61,337 nt of DNA from Bacteroidales bacterium. GTDB lineage: Bacteria; Bacteroidota; Bacteroidia; Bacteroidales; JBBRXJ01. Below the pieces are notes generated by a model. It was not told where the DNA came from. It searched no databases and was given only the letters and a program-made list of their open reading frames with translations. The stretch is from NCBI GenBank assembly GCA_038248505.1, contig JBBRXJ010000005.1, forward strand, positions 1 through 61,337, in the 5' to 3' direction. The translations under genes and the position numbers were made by a program. Below, one piece after another: positions 50,527 through 60,460 of this stretch (positions are counted from its first letter, which is position 1; every line of letters begins with the position of its first letter).

Positions 50527-53500
50527 TCAATCAATGTCTTTACTTGGCTCAATAGGGAGGTTAAAGCTAAAAGATGTTCCTTTCCCAACTTCACTTTTTA
50601 TCTTTATTTCGCCACTGTTTCGTTGTACAAATTCAAAACACAGAAGGAGACCGATACCAGTCCCTTGTTCGCCTTCTGTACCTTGGGTGCTTTTTGATTC
50701 TCCAAAATTAAATAAACTCTTAATCTTTGCTTCATTCATTCCAACTCCCGAATCTACTATAGATACAATTAATTGATGATCGCGTTTAATGGCATTAATT
50801 GAGATACTACCACCACTGGGTGTGAATTTAATTGAGTTGGTAACTAAATTTCGAATCACAGTAGTTATCATATCTCTATCAAAATAAGCTATGAATGAGA
50901 GATCGAGAGAAGAGAGTGTGATTGTTTTATTGTGAGCATAGGGTTTGAGTAATTTTATATTATCATTAATTACATCATTGATATCGTTCATCTTAGGTTT
51001 ATAAGATATCTTATTTAAATTTGTACGTGACCAATAAAGTAGGTTTTCTAATAGTTGAGCGGCATTATGTACCGATGAATCAATGAGTTTTAATAATTCA
51101 ATTTTTTGTTCATTACTATAATCATCAAAATTATTGAGGAGTAACGTACAAAACCCTGATATTGAGTGAAATGGATTCTTTAGATCATGTGCAATAATGG
51201 AGAATAATTTATCTTTTGTGGCATTTAGTTTTTCAAGTTCTGCTTTTTGACTTTCAATATGTTCATTCTGAACACGCATTTCTTCATTCTTTTCAAGTAT
51301 CTCAATGGTTCGTATTTTAACTTGTTCGCCTAACCATTTATTTTGTTCGCGAAATTTACGATTGCGATAGTTAACATATCCACCAATAGAAAGAATTGTA
51401 ATAATTAATATACCAATAATAAACCAAGGACGTAAATATATTGGAGGTAAAATTACAATACTTACGGTAGGCCCAATGTGCCAATTGCCATTTGCATCAC
51501 GAGCTTTTGGCGTAATATTGTATTTGCCTGGACTTAGGTGACGAAGTGAAATGATATTCGACTGATTAAGATCTACAGTTTCATTCTCTTGGCCTTCCAT
51601 TATGTACGAATACTCAAAGGCTTCAGGGAATTTGTAATTTAAAAAACAGAACTCAATAATAATTGAATTTTGATTTGGTTCTAATCTTAAATTAATAACA
51701 TCATCATAATAACTACCTCTAAATGGACGATCTGAAATTGTTATTTCAGTAATTCTAAGATTGTATAAAAAAGTATCTAATTCTAAAAGTTGAGGGTTTA
51801 TTACATTTATTCCATTTCTACCGCCTATTGCCATTAGTGTATCATTTATAATTAAACTTGGCGTTAATTGAAGGCTGCTATTTGCATAATACTTATCTAT
51901 ATTGTAGTACAATAATCGCTGTATTGGTCTAACAAAACGATATAATAATTGATCATCAATAAACCAAATATTTTCATTTGCATCAATATACATTACAGGT
52001 CGTAATGGTTTGATATTCTCATGATTTATAAATTTATAAATTTGTTTTTCTTTATGATTAAAAATGCGAAGTATATTTTTATTGGTAAGAATGTAAATAG
52101 AATCATTATAGACCCCAACTGCTTTAATGATTAATGAATCAGTTTGATTTGAAAAATATTCAATGTTTAAGCTCCCATCGCTATACGAAAATAGAGTATC
52201 TCTTATAAAAAATAGTTTGTCATTAAGTATCGCAATTTTCTGATTGTTTTTACGTTCAAATTTATCGATTAATTTGCCTGTTTTTTGATTGAAAAGGTAA
52301 TGTTTTTGTTTTGAGTTTATCAGATACATATCCTTCCATAAACCAACCAACGTAGGGTATGACTCATTATTAAGGTCTAATTTAATAGGATGATTTGACT
52401 TATTATCAAGATATGCTAGTCTCCCATTAACACAGAAAACAGTTTCCCCCGAATTATTAATTTCAAACCCATTAGAAGCATATAATCTATGATAGGTATT
52501 TATTGTAGCTTTTTCATATTTTGGATCATATTCAAGAATTTGATCGCCCACCAAACGTGCAAAAATTTTATTATTGCTAGCACGAATATTTATAACATAT
52601 AAATTATTTTTAGTCTGATTATTTGCAAATTCTTTTGAGTAATGATATTTGTGTGAGGCAACGGATACCATTTTATTCAAGCCTTCTCCACGGCTACCAA
52701 ACCAAATAATTCCATCTTTGCTATAGCCAATGGAGATATGCGAAAATCCTGTATAGCCTCTTTGCAACTCCGAACCTTGTGATATTTGAATTACTTTATT
52801 ATTTTCTAAATCTATAAAAGCAAGATCTCCTGAGTTGCCAGCTATCCAAAGTCGATTTATTTTATCCAGATAAATAGTTTCAATTGAATTAGTAGGAATT
52901 TTATTACCAGTCGTACTTAAACTATTAAATGAATCAATAATTCGCCAATGTTTTGGATCAAACTTGAAGAGCCCGTTTGAAAAGGAAGATATCCACAAAA
53001 AACCGTTCTGATCTCTGATGAGATCAGAGAAATGATCTCCTTGAAAGGATTTAAATGTATAGTTCTGATTATTTGCATGGCTCATTCTTATTAAACCATC
53101 AATGCTAGCTATCCATAATATCCCCTCATTATCTTTATAAATCTTAGTTAATGATCTAATATTTTTATCAAATATGGTATCTACCAAAATAATTTTATTG
53201 TACGCAAGAGTTTTAGTATTAAATTGCAATAAACCCATACTCCCCGCAATCCAAATTATAGAATCATCACCATCTTGGTATAAATCCATGATATAAAAAA
53301 AGCTCTTTTTTTTCTGCTCATCTGTTGTATAATCAGTGTGTTTTAATGTAATGGGATCAAAGCAAATTAAGCCACCTTCTTTAGGCCCAATCCATATTTT
53401 GCCTGATGACCCACAAAGAATACTTTTTATTTTATTCTGTTTTGCTGAACTGTCAAAAACCTCATAGTATTTAAAATGTTTTCCGTCATACCGATAAAGA

Positions 53501-53685
53501 CCTTTATCAGTACCCAACCACATAAATCCTAATTGATCTTGTTTAATAGAATAAATTACTGCTTTGGCAAGAGCTTGCTCGCTCTTTAGATTGGTAAAAT
53601 AGTTATCAGATACAACCTGGCTTTGAACAATTGATGTCAGGCAGTATAATGAAATGATTATAGAACTGATTAGTTTCATGTTCAC
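50527..53685 (-). CDS. Membrane sensor histidine kinase with periplasmic beta-propeller/Y_Y_Y region (no receiver)
   Basis: Signal peptide; QDQLGFMWLGT...GLYRYDG propeller repeats; YSY..EG/LSPGKY; PPIY TM; KLFSIIAHDLKNPF; RNLVTNSIKFT; DSGVG; GTGIGL. Confidence 0.92.
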   Translation of the reverse strand: MNMKLISSIIISLYCLTSIVQSQVVSDNYFTNLKSEQALAKAVIYSIKQDQLGFMWLGTDKGLYRYDGKHFKYYEVFDSSAKQNKIKSILCGSSGKIWIGPKEGGLICFDPITLKHTDYTTDEQKKKSFFYIMDLYQDGDDSIIWIAGSMGLLQFNTKTLAYNKIILVDTIFDKNIRSLTKIYKDNEGILWIASIDGLIRMSHANNQNYTFKSFQGDHFSDLIRDQNGFLWISSFSNGLFKFDPKHWRIIDSFNSLSTTGNKIPTNSIETIYLDKINRLWIAGNSGDLAFIDLENNKVIQISQGSELQRGYTGFSHISIGYSKDGIIWFGSRGEGLNKMVSVASHKYHYSKEFANNQTKNNLYVINIRASNNKIFARLVGDQILEYDPKYEKATINTYHRLYASNGFEINNSGETVFCVNGRLAYLDNKSNHPIKLDLNNESYPTLVGLWKDMYLINSKQKHYLFNQKTGKLIDKFERKNNQKIAILNDKLFFIRDTLFSYSDGSLNIEYFSNQTDSLIIKAVGVYNDSIYILTNKNILRIFNHKEKQIYKFINHENIKPLRPVMYIDANENIWFIDDQLLYRFVRPIQRLLYYNIDKYYANSSLQLTPSLIINDTLMAIGGRNGINVINPQLLELDTFLYNLRITEITISDRPFRGSYYDDVINLRLEPNQNSIIIEFCFLNYKFPEAFEYSYIMEGQENETVDLNQSNIISLRHLSPGKYNITPKARDANGNWHIGPTVSIVILPPIYLRPWFIIGILIITILSIGGYVNYRNRKFREQNKWLGEQVKIRTIEILEKNEEMRVQNEHIESQKAELEKLNATKDKLFSIIAHDLKNPFHSISGFCTLLLNNFDDYSNEQKIELLKLIDSSVHNAAQLLENLLYWSRTNLNKISYKPKMNDINDVINDNIKLLKPYAHNKTITLSSLDLSFIAYFDRDMITTVIRNLVTNSIKFTPSGGSISINAIKRDHQLIVSIVDSGVGMNEAKIKSLFNFGESKSTQGTEGEQGTGIGLLLCFEFVQRNSGEIKIKSEVGKGTSFSFNLPIEPSKDID

Positions 53686-53750
53686 AATTTATGAAAAAAG
53701 AATAGTATTTATGATAATTTACTAAAGTAATTTTTAGCTTTTTTTTTGCA

Positions 53751-53804
53751 TGGATTAAGTATCATATATTTAGTAATTTAGCTGAATATGTGATACTTAA
53801 TCTA
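53751..53804 (+). repeat. 24-bp inverted repeat / long hairpin
   Basis: 53751-53774 pairs with 53781-53804 with 20 Watson-Crick and 4 G.U pairs on the + strand. Confidence 0.8.
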
Positions 53805-54150
53805 TTAATACTATTCATCTAAGCTACACAAATAAAGAAAAATGATTTTCATAAAAAAAACTGTGTCAGCTTAGCTGCTACGTAACTTGTTTATAAAAAT
53901 GAAATTTTGTGCTAATTAATAAAGTAATTTCCTTATTTTGCATTGCATTAAAATAGAGAGACTTTAATTCTGCTATTTGGGATTATTTTGTTAAACTTCT
54001 GGTCTTTCGGCCAGAAGGTCAACATGAACGAATCCGTCGCAGCGGACAAGGATTTCGGGCTTAAATTCTTCAAATGTTGCATCGAATAAAAAATATTATT
54101 TATAATTAATTTCTTTACAGCTATGCTGCAAGATCTTTTATTTAAACATT

Positions 54151-54657
54151 ATGTATCACATTTCTAATTTTTATTTTAAATTAATTTTGCGAATTGCAAT
54201 CATTGTATTTTGTGTATTTTCAATTTCATCTTGTTTTGCAATTGAAAGAGCATCATTTTACAATGTTTTCTCACAAGGTACAATGCCTGAAATAGATGTC
54301 AAGTTAACTGAGTATATAAATTCGGATACTTCATCTCAGATAAATGCTTATCGCGGAGCATTGTTATTAAAAAAATCAGGTTTAATTAAAATTCCTACAA
54401 AAAAAATCCAAACTGCAAGGCTTGGTATAGCTTTACTAGAAAGAGAAATTCAATTGCATCCCCAAAATATTGAATTTCGTTTTTTACGATTGGTAATCCA
54501 AGAACAAACGCCAGATATTCTAAAGTATAAAGCAAATTTAGTTCAGGATAACGAAATTATTTTAAAATATTTCAATTCTCTTGATGAAGAATTAAAATTA
54601 ATAATAAAAGATTATGCTATAAAATCTAAAGTGTTAAATTCAGCAAAATTAAATTGA
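54151..54657 (+). CDS. Exported hypothetical protein (helical/TPR-like) at the head of the dar cluster
   Basis: Hydrophobic N-terminus; PQNIEFRFLRLVIQEQTP motif. Confidence 0.7.
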   Translation: MYHISNFYFKLILRIAIIVFCVFSISSCFAIERASFYNVFSQGTMPEIDVKLTEYINSDTSSQINAYRGALLLKKSGLIKIPTKKIQTARLGIALLEREIQLHPQNIEFRFLRLVIQEQTPDILKYKANLVQDNEIILKYFNSLDEELKLIIKDYAIKSKVLNSAKLN

Positions 54658-54694
54658 TACTCATAATTTTTTTTATAATATTTAAGTCATCCTA

Positions 54695-55597
54695 ATGAAA
54701 ATTCTTGCAATTAGCTATTCGCAGACAGGTCAGCTCGATCAAATAACTAATAATTTTCTTCTACCATTAAAAGATTTTGAAATTGATAGAATACAAATTA
54801 AACCATTAAAGTCTTTCCCTTTTCCGTGGACGAGTGCTACATTTTTTAATGCTATGCCTGAAACTGTGCTTGAAGAACCAATAGAATTGGAGCCAATTTT
54901 TTATAAATACCCGAAATATGATCTAATTATCCTTGCTTATCAGCCATGGTATTTATCTCCATCATTGCCTATTAGTTCTCTACTACAAGATTCTCAGTTT
55001 AAAAAAATTGTTTCAAATACCCCTATAGTAACACTAATCGGAGCACGAAACATGTGGATTAACTCACAAAAAAGCATTGCACAGCATGTGTTGAATGCAG
55101 GAGGTCAGTTAGTAGGAAATGTCCCGCTTATAGATAAGAATTCAAATATCATTAGCGCAGTTACTATTCTTTATTGGATGCTTTCTGGTAAAAAAGAACG
55201 TTTTCTTAATATCTTACCAAAGCCTGGGGTAAGTGATTTAGATATTGATGAGGTTGTAATTTTTGGCGAAATTTTAAATAAATGTATCAAAAACAAATCG
55301 CTTTATATGTTTCAATCGCATGTGCTTGAGTTGAATATGATTAATATTGAGGACGATATTCTATTTATTGAATTACGAGCCAAAAAGTTTTTTAGGATTT
55401 GGGCTGCAATAATCAAAAAGTATGGTACAAGTGCTGTACGTCGACGGTTCTGTGTTAATGCTTATATGTATTATCTGCTTATAGCACTTTTTATTGTAGC
55501 ACCTATTGTTTTTTTATTTTATAAGATTTTACTTGTGCCATTTACTTTTAAGTCAATTAAGTTACAAAAACAGTATATTTGTAGTAATAAATTTTAA
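54695..55597 (+). CDS. darA: Dialkylresorcinol-condensing enzyme
   Basis: YSQTGQL, FPFPW, YQPWYLSPSLP, GARNMW, LPKPGVS; upstream of a KASIII gene. Confidence 0.88.
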   Translation: MKILAISYSQTGQLDQITNNFLLPLKDFEIDRIQIKPLKSFPFPWTSATFFNAMPETVLEEPIELEPIFYKYPKYDLIILAYQPWYLSPSLPISSLLQDSQFKKIVSNTPIVTLIGARNMWINSQKSIAQHVLNAGGQLVGNVPLIDKNSNIISAVTILYWMLSGKKERFLNILPKPGVSDLDIDEVVIFGEILNKCIKNKSLYMFQSHVLELNMINIEDDILFIELRAKKFFRIWAAIIKKYGTSAVRRRFCVNAYMYYLLIALFIVAPIVFLFYKILLVPFTFKSIKLQKQYICSNKF

Positions 55598-55600
55598 GAA

Positions 55601-56743
55601 ATGGATGATGTTTATATAAACAGGATTGCTGATTTCCTGCCCAATAGCCCTATACCCAACATTGAGATGGAGCATTATTTGGGTGTGATTAATGGTAAAC
55701 CTTCAAAGTCTAAAGGAATAGTTTTAAGAAATAATGGGATAGAGCAGCGTTATTATGCTCTTGATACTGAGGGTAATGCGACACATTCGAATGCAGAGAT
55801 GGTAGCATTGGCTATTCGTAAATTGTTTTCTGCAAATCCATTAGAATTAGCCGAAATCGATGTATTATCTTGCGGAACTACTACGCCCGATCAGCTATTA
55901 CCCTCGCATGCTGTAATGACTCATGGATTATTGCCTGAAACAGGAAATATTGAAGTTACTTCAAATGCTGGCTCGTGCTGCGCAGGTATGCATGCATTAA
56001 AATATGCCTACCTTGCAATAAAATCAGGAGAACGTAAAAAGGCAGTTTGTAGCGGCTCTGAGCGTTTATCTTCAATATTAAAATCAGATCTTTTTGAAGA
56101 AGAGGTAAAACATTTGATAGCTCTTGAAGAAAATCCCTATGTTGCGTTTGAAAAAGATTTTTTGCGTTGGATGCTTTCTGATGGTGCTGGTGCATTTCTT
56201 CTCGAGAATAAAAAAAATGACCATGGAATTTCATTAAAAATTGAATGGATTGAATTGTGCTCTTATGCTAATCAAATGGAAACTTGCATGTATATGGGTG
56301 CACAGAAACGTAAAGATGGTAGTTTGAAAAGCTATCACAATATCTCACCAAATGAAATCGTTAATGATTCTGTGTTGAGCATTAAGCAAGATGTTAAAAT
56401 TCTGGGTCCAAATATAGTTGCCTTAGGTTTTAATAAACTTAAAAATATTCTTGATGAAAAAGGATTTAAGATGAGTGATCTCGACTATTTATTACCTCAT
56501 ATGTCAAGTTATTTTTTTAAGAAGCAAATATATGATATCCTTGAAAATAATGGCATAAGAGTGCCATATGAAAAGTGGTTTACCAATTTAAAAACCAAAG
56601 GGAATGTTGGTGCAGGATCAATTTACATTATGTTATCAGAATTATTTAATAGTGGAAAATTGAAAAAAGGAGAACATATTTTATTAGCTGTTCCTGAGAG
56701 TTCACGTTTCTCATATGCTTTTTGTCTTTTAAAAGTTTGTTAA
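55601..56743 (+). CDS. darB: Beta-ketoacyl-ACP synthase III (DarB/StlD-like)
   Basis: NNGIEQRYYA, GSCCAGM, FLRWMLSDGAGA, LPHMSS, GNVGAGS, VPESSRF. Confidence 0.88.
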   Translation: MDDVYINRIADFLPNSPIPNIEMEHYLGVINGKPSKSKGIVLRNNGIEQRYYALDTEGNATHSNAEMVALAIRKLFSANPLELAEIDVLSCGTTTPDQLLPSHAVMTHGLLPETGNIEVTSNAGSCCAGMHALKYAYLAIKSGERKKAVCSGSERLSSILKSDLFEEEVKHLIALEENPYVAFEKDFLRWMLSDGAGAFLLENKKNDHGISLKIEWIELCSYANQMETCMYMGAQKRKDGSLKSYHNISPNEIVNDSVLSIKQDVKILGPNIVALGFNKLKNILDEKGFKMSDLDYLLPHMSSYFFKKQIYDILENNGIRVPYEKWFTNLKTKGNVGAGSIYIMLSELFNSGKLKKGEHILLAVPESSRFSYAFCLLKVC

Positions 56744-56744
56744 A

Positions 56745-57143
56745 ATGAGAGTAGACGAAATACCACAAGATAAAAGCGCATTAGAAAATATTACGCGTGA
56801 TGTTTATTATGTTAAGAATAAGGTAGGAGACTATGAAACTGCATTAAGCACGGGTTGGGAGCCAAAATCAAAAGCCTTAGAAAATGCTTGGGAGGATGTT
56901 GATTTACGAATTAAAGAATCAATACGTGCTGTTAAGGAACGACGAAAGAGCCCAATATATTATTACATGAATAAAAATTTGATGGATTTTGGCATTTTAT
57001 CGAGTTACGTTGGGATGATGCGCATTCGAGTAATACGTCACATGAACCCAAATGTTTTTTTTAAACTGAATGATAAAATTCTTAAGCGTTATGCTGATGT
57101 GTTTGAAATAACGGTTGATGAATTAAAGAGTTTTAAAGGTTAG
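56745..57143 (+). CDS. Conserved hypothetical protein of flexirubin-type clusters
   Basis: IPQD, STGWEPK, SPIYYYM, YADVF; sits between darB and the BtrH-like gene. Confidence 0.8.
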   Translation: MRVDEIPQDKSALENITRDVYYVKNKVGDYETALSTGWEPKSKALENAWEDVDLRIKESIRAVKERRKSPIYYYMNKNLMDFGILSSYVGMMRIRVIRHMNPNVFFKLNDKILKRYADVFEITVDELKSFKG

Positions 57144-58160
57144 ATGGTAGAGAATTTTAAACATTTACAAACAGCACATTGTGAGAATGGAGTAATCACA
57201 AATTTGCTTAACTTACAAGGACAAAGTTTTATTACTGAACCATTGGTATTTGGGATTGGATCTGGATTATTTTATATACATATTCCATTCATAAAAGTGA
57301 ATTATGGACCGGCTATCTCTTTCCGTACCATGCCAGGACGTATATTTAAAAATACCTGCAGCGCACTCAATATTGAGATCGAATCGCGTCGTTTTCGTAA
57401 ACCTGAAAAAGCAAAATTATATCTTGATGATAAACTTGCACAGGGCTTTGCCGTGGGCTGTCAAGTGGGTGTTTTTAATCTAAGTTATTTTCCTGTTGAG
57501 TATCGTTTTCATTTTAACGCACACAATTTAATTGTATATGGCAAGGAGGGTAATGATTATTTAATAAGTGATCCAGTAATGGAAACATTTACTAGGCTAA
57601 CAGAAGAAGAACTTCAAAAGGTACGTTTCGCTAAAGGAATGTTTGCTCCTAATGGACATATATATTATATTAAAAAAGTTGGCAGAATTGATGATGTGAT
57701 TATTAAAAATGCAATAAAAAAAGGCATACAACGTAATGTGCGTGATATGCTATATATACCTGGAAGCATTGCTGGTGTTAAGGGAATTAAATACACTTCG
57801 CGAAAAATACGAAAATGGAGAAACGAGTTTGGGGTTCGTAAAGCAGGTCAATATTTAGGCCATATTGTTCGTATGCAAGAGGAGATAGGTACAGGCGGAG
57901 GAGGCTTTCGTTATATTTATGCTGCATTTATAGAAGAGGCGGCTAAATATTTTAAAAATGACGAATTGATTAAAATCTCCGATTTATTTACAAAATCTGG
58001 TGATTTGTGGCGTTCAAGTGCCATTGAAATGGCTGGTGTATATAAAGGTCGTGCCACGGAACAAAACGATTTTAATAGAATTGCAGATATGCTTATTGAA
58101 ATTTCGGAATTAGAAAAAGTAGCCTTTCAAGAATTATCAAAAATGAAATTGATTGTATGA
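57144..58160 (+). CDS. BtrH N-terminal domain protein (papain-like Cys-His)
   Basis: AHCENG, EPLVFGIGSG, HFNAHN, ISDP, EEIGTGGGGFR. Confidence 0.85.
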   Translation: MVENFKHLQTAHCENGVITNLLNLQGQSFITEPLVFGIGSGLFYIHIPFIKVNYGPAISFRTMPGRIFKNTCSALNIEIESRRFRKPEKAKLYLDDKLAQGFAVGCQVGVFNLSYFPVEYRFHFNAHNLIVYGKEGNDYLISDPVMETFTRLTEEELQKVRFAKGMFAPNGHIYYIKKVGRIDDVIIKNAIKKGIQRNVRDMLYIPGSIAGVKGIKYTSRKIRKWRNEFGVRKAGQYLGHIVRMQEEIGTGGGGFRYIYAAFIEEAAKYFKNDELIKISDLFTKSGDLWRSSAIEMAGVYKGRATEQNDFNRIADMLIEISELEKVAFQELSKMKLIV

Positions 58161-58912
58161 AGCAAACTGCATTAATAAGTGTAAAAGCTTTAAGTAAACA
58201 ATACGATAAGACGCAAAATTTTAGTTTGTGTGATGTATCATTAGATATCCATGTGGGTGATAAGTTTGGAATTCTTGGCCCTAATGGTGCAGGCAAAACT
58301 ACTCTTATATCTATATTGTGCGGCATTTTCCCAAGTTCAATGGGTAGTGTTGCATATTATAAAAATGGCTTAGCTTTAAGTGATCATGATGTAAAAAAAA
58401 TTATTGGCTTCGTACCGCAAGACTTCGCTTTATATGACGATCTTACAGCGCGTCAAAATCTTGAGTACTTTGGTGCATTATATAATTTGTCGAAAAAAAC
58501 AATTGTTGAGAGAACAGACAATATGTTAAGTCTTTTAGGACTATTAAATGTGATAGATAAAAAAGTAGTCACCTATTCAGGTGGTATGAAGAGACGACTG
58601 AATTTGGCAATAGGTTTAATTCATAATCCCGAAATACTCTTTTTGGATGAACCAACTGTAGGGGTTGATATACAAAGTAAAAACGCTATATTGAATTTCC
58701 TTAATAAAATCAACGAGCAAGGCGCTACTATTATTTATACATCACATCATATGTCTGAAGCGCAAAAGTTTTGTGACAAAATTGCGATACTTGATTATGG
58801 AAAATTAATTGCTTTTGGTACCTTGGATGATATGCTGATAAAACATAATACAACAAATCTAATGGATGTCTTAATTCAATTAACCGGGGAGGATTATCGC
58901 GATAATGTATAA
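58157..58912 (+). CDS. ABC transporter ATP-binding protein
   Basis: GPNGAGKTT, YSGGMKRR, LFLDEPTVG, TSH. Confidence 0.95.
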   Translation: MKQTALISVKALSKQYDKTQNFSLCDVSLDIHVGDKFGILGPNGAGKTTLISILCGIFPSSMGSVAYYKNGLALSDHDVKKIIGFVPQDFALYDDLTARQNLEYFGALYNLSKKTIVERTDNMLSLLGLLNVIDKKVVTYSGGMKRRLNLAIGLIHNPEILFLDEPTVGVDIQSKNAILNFLNKINEQGATIIYTSHHMSEAQKFCDKIAILDYGKLIAFGTLDDMLIKHNTTNLMDVLIQLTGEDYRDNV

Positions 58913-60179
58913 GCTATATGTTTCTGTAAAGAAAGAATTTAGCCTCTTATTTAATGATAAGGTTGGTCTTATTTTGATGTTTTTGATGCCTTTATTATTG
59001 GTTTTTATTATTACCATAATTCAGGATAGTGCGTTTAAACTTATAAATGAAAAGAAAATATCATTACTTATAGTTAATCATGATAAAGGCCAATCAGGAG
59101 ACAAGCTAGTAAAGATGCTCGGGTACTCTGGAATGTTTGATATTATTGCTAAAGATCAACTCGATTCCGCTCAAATAAAGTATGAAATTACAAAAGGAGA
59201 TGTTCTTACGGCCTTGTATATAAGAGAAGATTTTTCCGAAAGTATTAATGATAAATCACGTCATACGAGTCAACTTATTATGAACGATCTTGGTCTTAGT
59301 GACAAAAAGAATGCGATAATTCTAAAACCATGCGCTATTTCTTTGATTCATGATCCTGTCTTACAAGATAATTATTGTTTTGCCATTATTAATATCATTT
59401 ATACTCACCTAAGTGTTATTGAAAGCTCTGATATGATGGAGAGCATTTATAATGAAGTGGGACTTGATAGTGTATCTGTAGGTTTGAAAAAGACCATTCT
59501 TGAAAATCGTATTTTAGTTAATCAAGTTCGGGCTACAGAGAGCGAGCATAATGAGATTCCGAACGCTACACAACATAATGTTCCTGCGTGGACTATTTTT
59601 GCAATGTTTTTTATGGTAGTTTCATTAGGCACCAATATTGTTAAAGAACGCACAAGTGGCAGCTTTTTAAGGTTAAAAACAATGCCTACATCTTTTTCAC
59701 TGGTTTTGTCAAGTAAACAATTTGTATATATTGTGGTAGCATTCTTTCAAGTTATATTGATATTTAGTGTGGGTATGTTTGTTTTTCCATTGTTACATTT
59801 ACCTGCGCTAAGTATGTCGCCTAATATTATTGGTACTTTTATGCTTATATTGTTAAGTGGATTTGCCGCGGTTAGCTATTCTATTATGATTGGATCATTA
59901 GTAAAGACTCATGAGCAAGCAAATGGATTGGGTGCTGTATCAATAATAATATTTGCCGCTATTGGTGGGGTGTGGGTGCCTACTTTTGTAATGCCAGAGT
60001 ATATGCAAACATTAGCTTATTTATCACCACTTCATTGGTGCATTGAAGGTTTTTATGTTCTGTTTTTAAAAGGGGGTGATTGGTATGAGTTAAGTAAGAT
60101 AATGCTTGGCATTCTAATATTTAGTTGCATTTGTCAACTCGTTACGTATTTTAAACTTAGATTAGAAAAATTAATTTGA
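58905..60179 (+). CDS. ABC-2 type transporter permease
   Basis: FLMP, QHNVPAW, VKERTSG, GGVWVP, SPLHW. Confidence 0.92.
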   Translation: MYKLYVSVKKEFSLLFNDKVGLILMFLMPLLLVFIITIIQDSAFKLINEKKISLLIVNHDKGQSGDKLVKMLGYSGMFDIIAKDQLDSAQIKYEITKGDVLTALYIREDFSESINDKSRHTSQLIMNDLGLSDKKNAIILKPCAISLIHDPVLQDNYCFAIINIIYTHLSVIESSDMMESIYNEVGLDSVSVGLKKTILENRILVNQVRATESEHNEIPNATQHNVPAWTIFAMFFMVVSLGTNIVKERTSGSFLRLKTMPTSFSLVLSSKQFVYIVVAFFQVILIFSVGMFVFPLLHLPALSMSPNIIGTFMLILLSGFAAVSYSIMIGSLVKTHEQANGLGAVSIIIFAAIGGVWVPTFVMPEYMQTLAYLSPLHWCIEGFYVLFLKGGDWYELSKIMLGILIFSCICQLVTYFKLRLEKLI

Positions 60180-60185
60180 TAGTAT

Positions 60186-60455
60186 ATGGATAGAGATCAA
60201 TTAAAACAAAACTTGAAAGAGCAAATTATTAAATATCTTAATTTGCTTGATTTTAAGCCAGAAGATATAAAGGATGACATGCCTTTTTTTTCTGATGCTG
60301 GCTTAGCTCTTGATTCTATTGATTCATTAGAACTTATTGTGATGCTTGAACGTGAATATGGTATTAAGATAACAAATCCAGCTGACGGACGTAAAATACT
60401 TGTAGATATAAATAGTATGTCGGAGTATATTTTGACTTTTAAAAAGGAAGTATAA
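60186..60455 (+). CDS. Acyl carrier protein
   Basis: LALDSIDSLELIV phosphopantetheine motif. Confidence 0.92.
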   Translation: MDRDQLKQNLKEQIIKYLNLLDFKPEDIKDDMPFFSDAGLALDSIDSLELIVMLEREYGIKITNPADGRKILVDINSMSEYILTFKKEV

Positions 60456-60460
60456 ATCTA

